A DNA stretch of 64,000 bases, taken from contig OZ024741.1 of NCBI GenBank assembly GCA_964016885.1, positions 403,992,001 to 404,056,000 on the forward strand, read 5' to 3'. The notes below the pieces were generated by a model. That model ran no database searches. It had not been told where the DNA came from and was given only the letters and a program-made list of their open reading frames with translations. Shown here one piece after another: positions 1-15,000 of this stretch (the stretch's first letter is position 1; every line of letters begins with the position of its first letter). Made by a program: the position numbers and the translations under genes. The DNA is from Eledone cirrhosa (Eukaryota).

Positions 1-3000
1 GTTGTTGTTACTGTTGTTGTTACTGTTGTTGTTACTGTTGTTGTTACTGTTGTTGCTGTTGTTGTTACTGTTGTTGTTACTATAGTTGTTACTGTTGTTG
101 TTACTGTTGTTGTTACTGTTGTCGTTACTGTTGTTGTTACTGTTGTTGTTACTGTTGTTACTGTCGTTGTTACTGTTGTTGTTACTGTTGTCGTTACTGT
201 TGTTGTTACTGTTGTTGTTACTGTTGTTACTGTTGTTGTTACTGTTGTTGTTACTGTTGTTACTGTTGTTGTTACTGTTGTTGTTACTGTTGTCGTTACT
301 GTTGTTGTTACTGTTGTTGTTACTATTGTTGTTACTGTTGTTGTTACTGTTGTTGTGACTGCTGTTGTGACTGTTGTTGTTACTGTTGTTGTTACTGTTG
401 TTACTGTTGTTGTTACTGTTGTTGTTACTGTTGTTGTTGCTGTTGTTGTTACTGTTGTTACTGTTGTTGTTGCTGTTGTTGTTACTGTTGTTACTGTTGT
501 TGTTACTGTTGTTGTTACTGTTGTTGTTACTGTAGTTGTTACTGTTGTTGTTACTGCTGTTGTTACTGTTGTTGTTGCTGTTGTTGTTACTGTTGTTGTT
601 ACTGATGTTGTTACTGTTGTTGTTACTGTTGTTGTTACTGTTGTTGTTACTGTTGTTACTGTTGTTGTTACTGATGTTGTTACTGTTGTTGTTACTGTTG
701 TTGTTACTGTTGTTGTTACTGTTGTTGTTACAGTTGTTACTGTTGTTGTTACTGTAGTTGTTACTGTTGTTGTTGCTGTTGTTGTTACTGTTGTTACTGT
801 TGTTGTTACTGTTGTTGTTACTGTTGTTACTGTTGTTGTTACTGTTGTTGTTACTGTTGTTGTTACTGTTGTTGTTACTGTTGTTACTGTTGTTGTTGCT
901 GTTGTTGTTACTGTTGTTGTTACTGTTCTTGTTACTGTTGTCGTTACTGTTGTTGTTACTGTTGTTACTGTTCTTGTTACTGTTGTCGTTACTGTTGTCG
1001 TTACTGTTGTTACTGTTGTTGTTACTGTTGTTGTTACTGTTGTTGTTACTGTTGTTGTTACTGTTGTTACTGTTGTTGTTACTGTTGTTACTGTTGTTGT
1101 TGCTGTTGTTGTTACTGTTGTTGTTACTGTTCTTGTTACTGTTGTCGTTACTGTTGTCGTTACTGTTGTTACTGTTGTTGTTACTGTTGTTGTTACTGTT
1201 GTTGTTACTGTTGTTGTTACTGTTGTTACTGTTGTTGTTACTGTTGTCGTTACTGTTGTTACTGTTGTTGTTACTGTTGTTGTTACTGTTGTTACTGTTG
1301 TTGTTACTGTTGTCGTTACTGTTGTTGTTACTGTTGTCGTTACTGTTGTTGTTACTGTTGTTGTTACTGTTGTTGTTACTGTTGTTGTTACTGTAGTTGT
1401 TACTGTTGTTGTTACTGTTGTTGTTACTGTTGTTGTTGCTGTTGTTGTTACTGTTGTTGTTGCTGTTGTTGTTACTGTTGTTGTTACTGTAGTTGTTACT
1501 GTTGTTGTTACTGTTGTCGTTACTGTTGTTGTTACTGTTGTTGTTACTGTTGTTGTTACTGTAGTTGTTACTGTTGTTGTTACTGTAGTTGTTACTGTTG
1601 TTGTTACTGTTGTCGTTACTGTTGTTGTTACTGTTGTTGTTACTGTTGTTGTTACTGTTGTTGTTACTGTAGTTGTTACTGTTTTTGTTACTGTTGTTGT
1701 TACTGTTGTTGCTGTTGTTGTTACTGTTGTTGTTACTGTTGTTGCTGTTGTTGTTACTGTTGTTGTTGCTGTTGTTGTTACTGTAGTTGTTACTGTTGTT
1801 GTTACTGTAGTTGTTACTGTTGTTGTTACTGTTGTTGTTACTGTTGTTGTTACTGTAGTTGTTACTGTTGTTGTTACTGTTGTTGTTACTGTTGTTGCTG
1901 TTGTTGTTACTGTTGTTGTTACTGTAGTTGTTACTGTTGTTGTTACTGTTGTTGTTACTGTTGTCGTTACTGTTGTCGTTACTGTTGTTGTTACTGTTGT
2001 TACTGTTGTTGTTACTGTTGTTGTTACTGTTGTCGTTACTGTTGTTGTTACTGTTGTTGTTACTGTTGTTACTGTTGTTGTTACTGTTGTTGTTACTGTT
2101 GTCGTTACTGTTGTTGTTACTGTTGTTGTTACTGTTGTTACTGTTGTTACTGTTGTTGTTACTGTTGTTGTTACTGTTGTTACTGTTGTTGTTACTGTTG
2201 TTGTTACTGTTGTCGTTACTGTTGTTGTTACTGTTGTTGTTACTATTGTTGTTACTGTTGTTGTTACTGTTGTTGTGACTGCTGTTGTGACTGTTGTTGT
2301 TACTGTTGTTGTTACTGTTGTTGTTGCTGTTGTTGTTACTGTTGTTACTGTTGTTGTTGCTGTTGTTGTTACTGTTGTTACTGTTGTTGTTACTGTTGTT
2401 GTTACTGTAGTTGTTACTGTTGTTGTTACTGCTGTTGTTACTGTTGTTGTTGCTGTTGTTGTTACTGTTGTTGTTACTGATGTTGTTACTGTTGTTGTTA
2501 CTGTTGTTGTTACTGTTGTTGTTACTGTTGTTGTTACTGTTGTTGTTACTGTTGTTACTGTTGTTGTTACTGATGTTGTTACTGTTGTTGTTACTGTTGT
2601 TGTTACTGTTGTTACTGTTGTTGTTACTGTTGTTACTGTTGTTGTTACTGATGTTGATACTGTTGTTGTTACTGTTGTTGTTACTGTTGTTACTGTTGTT
2701 GTTACTGTTGTTACTGTTGTTGTTACTGATGTTGTTACTGTTGTTGTTATTGTTGTTGTTACTGTTGTTGTTACTGTTGTTGTTACTGTTGTCGTTACTG
2801 TTGTTGTTACTGTTGTTGTTACTGTTGTTGTTACTGTTGTTACTGTTGTTGTTACTGTTGTTGTTACTGTTGTCGTTACTGTTGTTGTTACTGTTGTTGT
2901 TACTGTTGTTACTGTTGTTGTTGCTGTTGTTGTTACTGTTGTTACTGTTGTTGTTACTGTTGTTGTTACTGTTGTTGTTACTGTTGTTGTTACTGTTGTT

Positions 3001-6000
3001 GCTGTTGTTGTTACTGTTGTTGCTGTTGTTGTTACTGTTGTTGTTACTGTTGTTGTTACTGTTGTCGGTACTGTTGTTGTTACTGGTGTTGTTACTGTTG
3101 TTGTTACTGTTGTTGTTACTGTAGTTGTTACTGTTGTTGTTACTGTTGTTGTTACTGTTGTTGTTACTGTTGTTGTTGCTGTTGTTGTTACTGTTGTTGT
3201 TGCTGTTGTTGTTACTGTTGTTGTTACTGTTGTTGTTACTGTAGTTGTTACTGTTGTTGTTACTGTTGTTGTTACTGTTGTTGTTACTGTAGTTGTTACT
3301 GTTTTTGTTACTGTTGTTGTTACTGTTGTTGTTACTGTTGTTGTTACTGTTGTTGTTACTGTTGTTGTTACTGTTGTTGCTGTTGTTGTTACTGTTGTTG
3401 TTACTGTTGTTGTTACTGTTGTTGCTGTTGTTGTTACTGTTGTTGTTACTGTTGTTGTTACTGTAGTTGTTACTGTTGTTGTTACTGTTGTTGTTACTGT
3501 AGTTGTTACTGTTGTTGTTACTGTTGTTGTTACTGTAGTTGTTACTGTTGTTGTTACTGTTGTTGTTACTGTTGTTGTTACTGTTGTTGCTGTTGTTGTT
3601 ACTGTTGTTGCTGTTGTTGTTACTGTTGTTGTTGCTGTTGTTGTTACTGTTGTTACTGTTGTTACTGTTGTTGTTACTGTTGTTGTTACTGTTGTCGTTA
3701 CTGTTGTTGTTACTGTTGTTGTTACTGTTGTTACTGTTGTTGTTACTTTTGTTACTGTTGTTGTTACTGTTGTTGTTACTGTTGTTACTGTTGTTGTTAC
3801 TGTTGTTGTTACTGTTGTCGTTACTGTTGTTGTTACTGTTGTTGTTACTGTTGTTGTTACTGTTGTTGTTACTGTTGTTGTGACTGCTGTTGTGACCGTT
3901 GTTGTTACTGTTGTTGTTACTGTTGTTGTTACTGTTGTTACTGTTGTTGTTACTGTTGTTGTTGCTGTTGTTGTTACTGTTGTTACTGTTGTTGTTACTG
4001 TTGTTGTTACTGTTGTTGTTACTGTTGTTGTTACTGTTGTCGTTACTGTTGTTGTTACTGTTGTTACTGTTGTTGTTACTGATGTTGTTACTGTTGTTGT
4101 TACTGTTGTTGTTACTGTTGTTACTGTTGTTGTTACTGTTGTTGTTACTGTTGTTGTTACTGTTGTTGTGACTGCTGTTGTGACTGTTGTTGTTACTGTT
4201 GTTGTTACTGTTGTTGTTACTGTTGTTGTTACTGTTGTTGTTACTGTTGTTGTTACTGTTGTTGTTACTGTTGTTGTTACTATTGTTGTTACTGTTGTTG
4301 TTACTGTTGTTGTTGCTGTTGTTGTGACTGCTGTTGTGACTGTTGTTGTTACTGTTGTTGTTACTGTTGTTGTTACTGTTGTTGTGACTGTTGCTGTTAC
4401 TGTTGTTGTTACTATTGTTGTTACTGTTGTTGTTACTATTGTTGTTACTATTGTTGTTACTGTTGTTGTTACTGTTGTTGCTGTTGTTGTGACTGCTGTT
4501 GTGACTGTTGTTGTTACTGTTGTTGTTACTGTTGTTGTTACTGTTGTTACTTTTGTTGTTACTGTTGTTGTTACTGTTGTTGTTACTGTAGTTGTTACTG
4601 TTGTTGTTGCTGTTGTTGTTACTGTTGTTGTTACTGTTGTTACTGCTGTTGTTACTGTTGTTGTTACTGTTGTTGTTACTGTTGTTGTTACTGTTGTTGT
4701 TACTGTTGTTGTTGCTGTTGTTGTTACTGTTGTTACTGTTGTTGTTACTGTTGTTGTTACTGTTGTTACTGTTGTTACTGTTGTTGTTACTGTTGTTACT
4801 GTTGTTGTTACTGTTGTTGTTACTGTTGTTACTGTTGTTGTTGCTGTTGTTGTTACTGTTGTTACTGTTGTTACCGTTGTTACTGTTGTTGTTACTGTTG
4901 TTGTTACTGTTGTTGTTGCTGTTGTTGTTACAGTTGTTACTGTTGTTGTTACTGTTGTTGTTACTGTTGTTGTTACTGTTGTTACTGTTGTTGTTACTGT
5001 TGTTGTTACTGTTGTTGTTACTGTTGTTGTTGCTGTTGTTACTGTTGTTGTTGCTGTTGTTGTTACTGTTGTTACTGTTGTTGTTACTGTTGTTGCTACT
5101 GTTGTTGTTACTGTTGTTGTTACTGTTGTTGTTGCTGTTGTTGTTACTGTTGTTACTGTTGTTACTGTTGTTGTTACTGTTGTTGTTACTGTTGTTGTTA
5201 CTGTTGTGGTTGCTGTTGTTGTTACTGTTGTTGTTGCTGTTGTTGTTACTGTTGTTACTGTTGTTGTTACTGTTGTTGTTACTGTTGTTGTTACTGTTGT
5301 TGTTGCTGTTGTTGTTACAGTTGTTACTGTTGTTGCTACTGTTGTTGTTACTGTTGTTGTTACTGTTGTTACTGTTGTTGTTACTGTTGTTGTTACTGTT
5401 GTTGTTACTGTTGTTGTTACTGTTGTTGTTGCTGTTGTTGTTACTGTTGTTGTTGCTGTTGTTGTTACTGTTGTTACTGTTGTTGTTACTGTTGTTGCTA
5501 CTGTTGTTGCTACTGTTGTTGTTACTGTTGTTGTTACTGTTGTTGTTGCTGTTGTTGTTACTGTTGTTACTGTTGTTACTGTTGTTGTTACTGTTGTTGT
5601 TACTGTTGTTGTTACTGTTGTTGTTGCTGTTGTTGTTGTTGTTGCTGTTGTTGTTACTGTTGTTACTGTTGTTGTTACTGTTGTTGTTACTGTTGTTGTT
5701 ACTGTTGTTGTTACTGTTGTTGTTGCTGTTGTTGTTACAGTTGTTACTGTTGTTGTTACTGTTGTTGTTACTGTTGTTGTTACTGTTGTTGTTACTGTTG
5801 TTACTGTTGTTACTGTTGTTGTTACTGTTGTTGTTACTGTTGTTACTGTTGTTGTTACTGTTGTTGTTACTGTTGTTACTGTTGTTGTTACTGGTGTTGT
5901 TACTGTTGTTACTGTTGTTGTTACTGTTGTTGTTACTGTTGTTACTGTTGTTGTTACTGTTGTTGTTACTGTTGTTACTGTTGTTGTTACTGTTGTTACT

Positions 6001-9000
6001 GTTGTTGTTACTGTTGTTGCTACTGTTGTTACTGTTGTTACTGTTGTTGTTACTGTTGTTACTGTTGTTGTTACTGTTGTTGTTACTGTTGTTACTGTTG
6101 TTGTTACTGTTGTTGTTACTGTTGTTACTGTTGTTGTTACTGTTGTTGTTACTGTTGTTGTTACTGTTGTTACTGTTGTTACTGTTGTTGTTACTGTTGT
6201 TGTTACTGTTGTTACTGTTGTTGTTACTGTTGTTACTTTTGTTGTTACTGTTGTTGTTACTGTTGTTGTTACTGTTGTTGTTACTGTTGTTACTGTTGTT
6301 GTTACAGTTGTTGTTACTGTTGTTGTTACTGTTGTTGTTACTGTTGTTGTTACTGTTGTTGTTACTGTTGATGTTACTGTTGTTGTTGCTGTTGTTGTTA
6401 CTGTTGTTGTTGCTGTTGTTGTTACTGTTGTTGTTACTGTTGTTGTTACTGTTGTTGTTGCTGTTGTTGTTACTGTTGTTACTGTTGTTACTGTTGTTGT
6501 TACTGTTGTTGTTACTGTTGTTGTTACTGTTTTGTTACTATTGTTGTTACTGTTGTTGTTACTGTTGTTGCTGTTGTTGTGACTGCTGTTGTGACTGTTG
6601 TTGTTACTGTTGTTGTTACTGTTGTTGTTACTGTTGTTACTGTTGTTGTTACTGTTGTTGTTACTGTTGTTGTTACTGTAGTTGTTACTGTTGTTGTTAC
6701 TGTTGTTGTTGCTGTTGTTGTTACTGTTGTTACTGTTGTTGTTGCTGTTGTTGTTACTGTTGTTACTGTTGTTGTTACTGTTGTTGTTACTGTTGTTGTT
6801 ACTGTAGTTGTTACTGTTGTTGTTACTGTTGTTGTTACTGTTGTTGTTGCTGTTGTTGTTGCTGTTGTTGTTACTGTTGTTGTTACTGTTGTTGTTACTG
6901 TTGTTGTTACTGTTGTTACTGTTGTTGTTACTGATGTTGTTACTGTTGTTGTTACTGTTGTTGTTACTGTTGTTACTGTTGTTGTTACTGTTGTTGTTAC
7001 TGTTGTTGTTACTGTTGTTGTTACTGTTGTTGTTACTGTTGATGTTACTGTTGTTGTTGCTGTTGTTGTTACTGTTGTTGTTGCGGTTGTTGTTAATGTT
7101 GTTACTGTTGTTGTTACTGTTGTTGTTACTGTTGTTACTGTTGTTGTTACTGTTGTTGTTACTGTTGTTACTGTTGTTGTTACTGTTGTTGTTACTGTTG
7201 TTGTTACTGTTGTTACTGTTGTTGTTACTGTTGTTGTTACTGTTGTTACTGTTGTTGTTACGGTTGTTACTGTTGTTGTTACTGTTGTTGTTACTGTTGT
7301 TGTTACTGTTGTTGTTACTGTTGTTACTGTTGTTGTTACTGTTGTTGTTACTGTTGTTGTTACTGTTGTTGTTACTGTTGTTGTTACTGTTGTTGTTACT
7401 ATTGTTGTTACTGTTGATGTTACTGTTGTTGTTGCTGTTGTTGTTACTGTTGTTGTTGCTGTTGTTTTTACTGTTGTTGTTACTGTTGTTGTTACTGTTG
7501 TTGTTACTGTTGTTGTTACTGTTGTTACTGTTGTTACTGTTGTTGTTACTGTTGTTGTTACTGTTGTTGTTACTGTTGTTGTTGCTGTTGTTGTTACAGT
7601 TGTTACTGTTGTTGTTACTGTTGTTGTTACTGTTGTTTTTGCGGTTACTGTTGTTGTTACTGTTGTTGTTACTATTGTTGTTACTGTTGATGTTACTGTA
7701 GTTGTTGCTGTTGTTGTTACTGTTGTTGTTACTGTTGTTGTTACTGTTGTTGTTACTGTTGTTGTTGCTGTTGTTGTTACTGTTGTTGTTGCTGTTGTTG
7801 TTACTGTTGTTGTTACTGTTGTTGTTACTGTTGTTGTTACTGTTGTTGTTACTGTTGTTGTTACTGTTGTTGTTACTATTGTTGTTACTGTTGATGTTAC
7901 TGTAGTTGTTGCTGTTGTTGTTACTGTTGTTGTTACTGTTGTTGTTACTGTTGTTGTTACTGTTGTTGTTGCTGTTGTTGTTACTGTTGTTGTTGCTGTT
8001 GTTGTTACTGTTGTTGTTACTGTTGTTACTGTTGTTGTTACTGTTGTTGTTACTGTTGTTGTTACTGTTGTTGTTACTGTTGTTGTTGCTGTTGTTGTTA
8101 CAGTTGTTACTGTTGTTGTTACTGTTGTTGTTACTGTTGTTGTTACTGTTGTTTCTGTTGTTGTTACTTTTGTTGTTACTGTTGTTGTTACTGTTGTTGT
8201 TACTGTTGTTGTTGCTGTTGTTGTTACTGTTGTTGTTGCTGTTGTGTTACTGTTGTTACTGTTGTTGTTACTGTTGTTGCTACTGTTGTTGTTACTGTTG
8301 TTGTTGCTGTTGTTGTTGCTGTTGTTGTTACTGTTGTTACTGTTGTTACTGTTGTTGTTACTGTTGTTGTTACTCTTGTTGTTACTGTTGTTGTTGCTGT
8401 TGTTGTTGCTGTTGTTGTTGTTGTTGTTGTTGTTGCTGTTGTTGTTGCTGTTGTTACTGTTGTTGTTACTGTTGTTGTTACTGTTGTTGTTACTGTTGTT
8501 GTTACTGTTGTTGTTGGTGTTGTTGTTACAGTTGTATCTGTTGTTGTTACTGTTGTTGTTACTGTTGTTGCTGTTGTTGTTACTGTTGTTGTTACTGTTG
8601 TTGTTACTGTTGTTACTGTTGTTACTGTTGTTACTGTTGTTACTGTTGTTGTTACTGTTGTTGTTACTGTTGTTACTGTTGTTGTTACTGTTGTTGTTAC
8701 TGTTGTTACTGTTGTTGTTACTGTTGTTGTTACTGTTGTTACTGTTGTTGTTACTGTTGTTGTTACTGTTGTTACTGTTGTTGTTACTGTTGTTACTGTT
8801 GTTGTTACTGTTGTTGTTACTGTTGTTACTGTTGTTACTGTTGTTGTTACTGTTGTTACTGTTGTTGTTACTGTTGTTGCTGTTGTTGTTACTGTTGTTG
8901 TTACTGTTGTTGTTACTGTTGTTACTGTTGTTGTTACTGTTGTTGTTACTGTTGTTACTGTTGTTACTGTTGTTGTTACTGTTGTTACTGTTGTTGTTAC

Positions 9001-12000
9001 TGTTGTTGTTACTGTTGTTACTGTTGTTGTTACTGTTGTTGTTACTGTTGTAACTGTTGTTGTTACTGTTGTTGTTACTGTTGTTGTTACTGTTGTTGTT
9101 ACTGTTGTTACTGTTGTTGTTACTGTTGTTGTTACTGTTGTTACTGTTGTTGTTACTGTTGTTACTGTTGTTGTTACTGTTGTTGTTACTGTTGTTGTTA
9201 CTGTTGTTGTTACTGTTGTTACTGTTGTTGTTACTGTTGTTGTTACTGTTGTTGTTACTGTTGTTGTTACTGTTGTTACTGTTGTTGTTACTGTTGTTGT
9301 TACTGTTGTTGCTGTTTTTGTTACTGTTGTTGTTACTGTTGTTACTGTTGTTGTTGCTGTTGTTGTTACTGTTGTTGTTACTGTTGTTGTTACTGTTGTT
9401 ACTGTTGTTGTTACTGTTGTTGCTGTTGTTGTTACTGTTGTTGTTACTGTTGTTGTTACTGTTGTTGTTACTGTTGTTAGTGTTGTTGTTACTGTTGTTA
9501 CTGTTGTTGTTACTGTTGTTACTGTTGTTACTGTTGTTACTGTTGTTACTGTTGTTGTTACTGTTGGTGTTACTGTTGTTACTGTTGTTACTGTTGTTAC
9601 TGTTGTTACTGTTGTTGTTACTGTTGTTACTGTTGTTGTTACTGTTGTTACTGTTGTTGTTACTGTTGTTGTTACTGTTGTTACTGTTGTTGTTACTGTT
9701 GTTGTTACTGTTGTTACTGTTGTTACTGTTGTTGTTACTGTTGTTACTGTTGTTGTTACTGTTGTTGTTACTGTTGTTGTTACTGTTGTTACTGTTGTTG
9801 TTACTGTTGTTGCTGTTGTTGTTACTGTTGTTGTTACTGTTGTTGTTACTGTTGTTACTGTTGTTGTTGCTGTTGTTGTTACTGTTGTTAGTGTTGTTAC
9901 TGTTGTTACTGTTGTTGTTACTGTTGTTGTTACTGTTGTTGTTACTGTTGTTACTGTTGTTGTTGCTGTTGTTGTTACTGTTGTTACTGTTGTTACTGTT
10001 GTTGTTACTGTTGTTGTTGCTGTTGTTTTTACTGTTGTTACTGTTGTTGTTACTGTTGTTGTTACTGTTATTGTTGCTGTTGTTGTTACTTTTGTTACTG
10101 TTGTTGTTACTGTTGTTGTTACTGTTGTTACTGTTGTTGTTACTGTTGTTGTTACTGTTGTTGCTGTTGTTGTTACTGTTGTTGTTACTGTTGTTGTTAC
10201 TGTTGTTACTGTTGTTGTTACTGTTGTTGTTACTGTTGTTGCTGTTGTTGTTACAGTTGTTGTTACTGTTGTTGTTACTGTTGTTACTGTTGTTGTTACT
10301 GTTGTTACTGTTGTTGTTACTGTTGTTGCTGTTGTTGTTACTGTTGTTGTTACTGTTGTTGTTACTGTTGTTACTGTTGTTGTTACTGTTGTCGTTACTG
10401 TTGTTGTTACTGTTGTCGTTACTGTTGTTGTTACTGTTGTTGTTACTGTTGTTGTTACTGTTGTTGTTACTGTAGTTGTTACTGTTGTTGTTACTGTTGT
10501 TGTTACTGTTGTTGTTGCTGTTGTTGTTACTGTTGTTGTTGCTGTTGTTGTTACTGTTGTTGTTACTGTTGTTGTTACTATTGTTGTTACTGTTGTTGTT
10601 ACTGTTGTTGCTGTTGTTGTGACTGCTGTTGTGACTGTTGTTGTTACTGTTGTTGTTACTGTTGTTGTTACTGTTGTTACTGTTGTTGTTACTGTTGTTG
10701 TTACTGTTGTTGTTACTGTTGTTGTTACTGTTGATGTTACTGTTGTTGTTGCTGTTGTTGTTACTGTTGTTGTTGCTGTTGTTGTTACTGTTGTTGTTAC
10801 TGTTGTTGTTACTGTTGTTGTTGCTGTTGTTGTTACTGTTGTTACTGTTGTTACTGTTGTTGTTACTGTTGTTGTTACTGTTGTTGTTACTGTTGTTGTT
10901 ACTATTGTTGTTACTGTTGTTGTTACTGTTGTTGCTGTTGTTGTGACTGCTGTTGTGACTGTTGTTGTTACTGTTGTTGTTACTGTTGTTGTTACTGTTG
11001 TTACTGTTGTTGTTACTGTTGTTGTTACTGTTGTTGTTACTGTAGTTGTTACTGTTGTTGTTACTGTTGTTGTTGCTGTTGTTGTTACTGTTGTTACTGT
11101 TGTTGTTGCTGTTGTTGTTACTGTTGTTACTGTTGTTGTTACTGTTGTTGTTACTGTTGTTGTTACTGTAGTTGTTACTGTTGTTGTTACTGTTGTTGTT
11201 ACTGTTGTTGTTGCTGTTGTTGTTGCTGTTGTTGTTACTGTTGTTGTTACTGTTGTTGTTACTGTTGTTGTTACTGTTGTTACTGTTGTTGTTACTGATG
11301 TTGTTACTGTTGTTGTTACTGTTGTTGTTACTGTTGTTACTGTTGTTGTTACTGTTGTTGTTACTGTTGTTGTTACTGTTGTTGTTACTGTTGTTGTTAC
11401 TGTTGATGTTACTGTTGTTGTTGCTGTTGTTGTTACTGTTGTTGTTGCGGTTGTTGTTAATGTTGTTACTGTTGTTGTTACTGTTGTTGTTACTGTTGTT
11501 ACTGTTGTTGTTACTGTTGTTGTTACTGTTGTTACTGTTGTTGTTACTGTTGTTGTTACTGTTGTTGTTACTGTTGTTACTGTTGTTGTTACTGTTGTTG
11601 TTACTGTTGTTACTGTTGTTGTTACGGTTGTTACTGTTGTTGTTACTGTTGTTGTTACTGTTGTTGTTACTGTTGTTGTTACTGTTGTTACTGTTGTTGT
11701 TACTGTTGTTGTTACTGTTGTTGTTACTGTTGTTGTTACTGTTGTTGTTACTGTTGTTGTTACTATTGTTGTTACTGTTGATGTTACTGTTGTTGTTGCT
11801 GTTGTTGTTACTGTTGTTGTTGCTGTTGTTTTTACTGTTGTTGTTACTGTTGTTGTTACTGTTGTTGTTACTGTTGTTGTTACTGTTGTTACTGTTGTTA
11901 CTGTTGTTGTTACTGTTGTTGTTACTGTTGTTGTTACTGTTGTTGTTGCTGTTGTTGTTACAGTTGTTACTGTTGTTGTTACTGTTGTTGTTACTGTTGT

Positions 12001-15000
12001 TTTTGCGGTTACTGTTGTTGTTACTGTTGTTGTTACTATTGTTGTTACTGTTGATGTTACTGTAGTTGTTGCTGTTGTTGTTACTGTTGTTGTTACTGTT
12101 GTTGTTACTGTTGTTGTTACTGTTGTTGTTGCTGTTGTTGTTACTGTTGTTGTTGCTGTTGTTGTTACTGTTGTTGTTACTGTTGTTGTTACTGTTGTTG
12201 TTACTGTTGTTGTTACTGTTGTTGTTACTGTTGTTGTTACTATTGTTGTTACTGTTGATGTTACTGTAGTTGTTGCTGTTGTTGTTACTGTTGTTGTTAC
12301 TGTTGTTGTTACTGTTGTTGTTACTGTTGTTGTTGCTGTTGTTGTTACTGTTGTTGTTGCTGTTGTTGTTACTGTTGTTGTTACTGTTGTTACTGTTGTT
12401 GTTACTGTTGTTGTTACTGTTGTTGTTACTGTTGTTGTTACTGTTGTTGTTGCTGTTGTTGTTACAGTTGTTACTGTTGTTGTTACTGTTGTTGTTACTG
12501 TTGTTGTTACTGTTGTTTCTGTTGTTGTTACTTTTGTTGTTACTGTTGTTGTTACTGTTGTTGTTACTGTTGTTGTTGCTGTTGTTGTTACTGTTGTTGT
12601 TGCTGTTGTGTTACTGTTGTTACTGTTGTTGTTACTGTTGTTGCTACTGTTGTTGTTACTGTTGTTGTTGCTGTTGTTGTTGCTGTTGTTGTTACTGTTG
12701 TTACTGTTGTTACTGTTGTTGTTACTGTTGTTGTTACTCTTGTTGTTACTGTTGTTGTTGCTGTTGTTGTTGCTGTTGTTGTTGTTGTTGTTGTTGTTGC
12801 TGTTGTTGTTGCTGTTGTTACTGTTGTTGTTACTGTTGTTGTTACTGTTGTTGTTACTGTTGTTGTTACTGTTGTTGTTGGTGTTGTTGTTACAGTTGTA
12901 TCTGTTGTTGTTACTGTTGTTGTTACTGTTGTTGCTGTTGTTGTTACTGTTGTTGTTACTGTTGTTGTTACTGTTGTTACTGTTGTTACTGTTGTTACTG
13001 TTGTTACTGTTGTTGTTACTGTTGTTGTTACTGTTGTTACTGTTGTTGTTACTGTTGTTGTTACTGTTGTTACTGTTGTTGTTACTGTTGTTGTTACTGT
13101 TGTTACTGTTGTTGTTACTGTTGTTGTTACTGTTGTTACTGTTGTTGTTACTGTTGTTACTGTTGTTGTTACTGTTGTTGTTACTGTTGTTACTGTTGTT
13201 ACTGTTGTTGTTACTGTTGTTACTGTTGTTGTTACTGTTGTTGCTGTTGTTGTTACTGTTGTTGTTACTGTTGTTGTTACTGTTGTTACTGTTGTTGTTA
13301 CTGTTGTTGTTACTGTTGTTACTGTTGTTACTGTTGTTGTTACTGTTGTTACTGTTGTTGTTACTGTTGTTGTTACTGTTGTTACTGTTGTTGTTACTGT
13401 TGTTGTTACTGTTGTAACTGTTGTTGTTACTGTTGTTGTTACTGTTGTTGTTACTGTTGTTGTTACTGTTGTTACTGTTGTTGTTACTGTTGTTGTTACT
13501 GTTGTTACTGTTGTTGTTACTGTTGTTACTGTTGTTGTTACTGTTGTTGTTACTGTTGTTGTTACTGTTGTTGTTACTGTTGTTACTGTTGTTGTTACTG
13601 TTGTTGTTACTGTTGTTGTTACTGTTGTTGTTACTGTTGTTACTGTTGTTGTTACTGTTGTTGTTACTGTTGTTGCTGTTTTTGTTACTGTTGTTGTTAC
13701 TGTTGTTACTGTTGTTGTTGCTGTTGTTGTTACTGTTGTTGTTACTGTTGTTGTTACTGTTGTTACTGTTGTTGTTACTGTTGTTGCTGTTGTTGTTACT
13801 GTTGTTGTTACTGTTGTTGTTACTGTTGTTGTTACTGTTGTTAGTGTTGTTGTTACTGTTGTTACTGTTGTTGTTACTGTTGTTACTGTTGTTACTGTTG
13901 TTACTGTTGTTACTGTTGTTGTTACTGTTGGTGTTACTGTTGTTACTGTTGTTACTGTTGTTACTGTTGTTACTGTTGTTGTTACTGTTGTTACTGTTGT
14001 TGTTACTGTTGTTACTGTTGTTGTTACTGTTGTTGTTACTGTTGTTACTGTTGTTGTTACTGTTGTTGTTACTGTTGTTACTGTTGTTACTGTTGTTGTT
14101 ACTGTTGTTACTGTTGTTGTTACTGTTGTTGTTACTGTTGTTGTTACTGTTGTTACTGTTGTTGTTACTGTTGTTGCTGTTGTTGTTACTGTTGTTGTTA
14201 CTGTTGTTGTTACTGTTGTTACTGTTGTTGTTGCTGTTGTTGTTACTGTTGTTAGTGTTGTTACTGTTGTTACTGTTGTTGTTACTGTTGTTGTTACTGT
14301 TGTTGTTACTGTTGTTACTGTTGTTGTTGCTGTTGTTGTTACTGTTGTTACTGTTGTTACTGTTGTTGTTACTGTTGTTGTTGCTGTTGTTTTTACTGTT
14401 GTTACTGTTGTTGTTACTGTTGTTGTTACTGTTATTGTTGCTGTTGTTGTTACTTTTGTTACTGTTGTTGTTACTGTTGTTGTTACTGTTGTTACTGTTG
14501 TTGTTACTGTTGTTGTTACTGTTGTTGCTGTTGTTGTTACTGTTGTTGTTACTGTTGTTGTTACTGTTGTTACTGTTGTTGTTACTGTTGTTGTTACTGT
14601 TGTTGCTGTTGTTGTTACAGTTGTTGTTACTGTTGTTGTTACTGTTGTTACTGTTGTTGTTACTGTTGTTACTGTTGTTGTTACTGTTGTTGCTGTTGTT
14701 GTTACTGTTGTTGTTACTGTTGTTGTTACTGTTGTTACTGTTGTTGTTACTGTTGTCGTTACTGTTGTTGTTACTGTTGTCGTTACTGTTGTTGTTACTG
14801 TTGTTGTTACTGTTGTTGTTACTGTTGTTGTTACTGTAGTTGTTACTGTTGTTGTTACTGTTGTTGTTACTGTTGTTGTTGCTGTTGTTGTTACTGTTGT
14901 TGTTGCTGTTGTTGTTACTGTTGTTGTTACTGTAGTTGTTACTGTTGTTGTTACTGTTGTCGTTACTGTTGTTGTTACTGTTGTTGTTACTGTTGTTGTT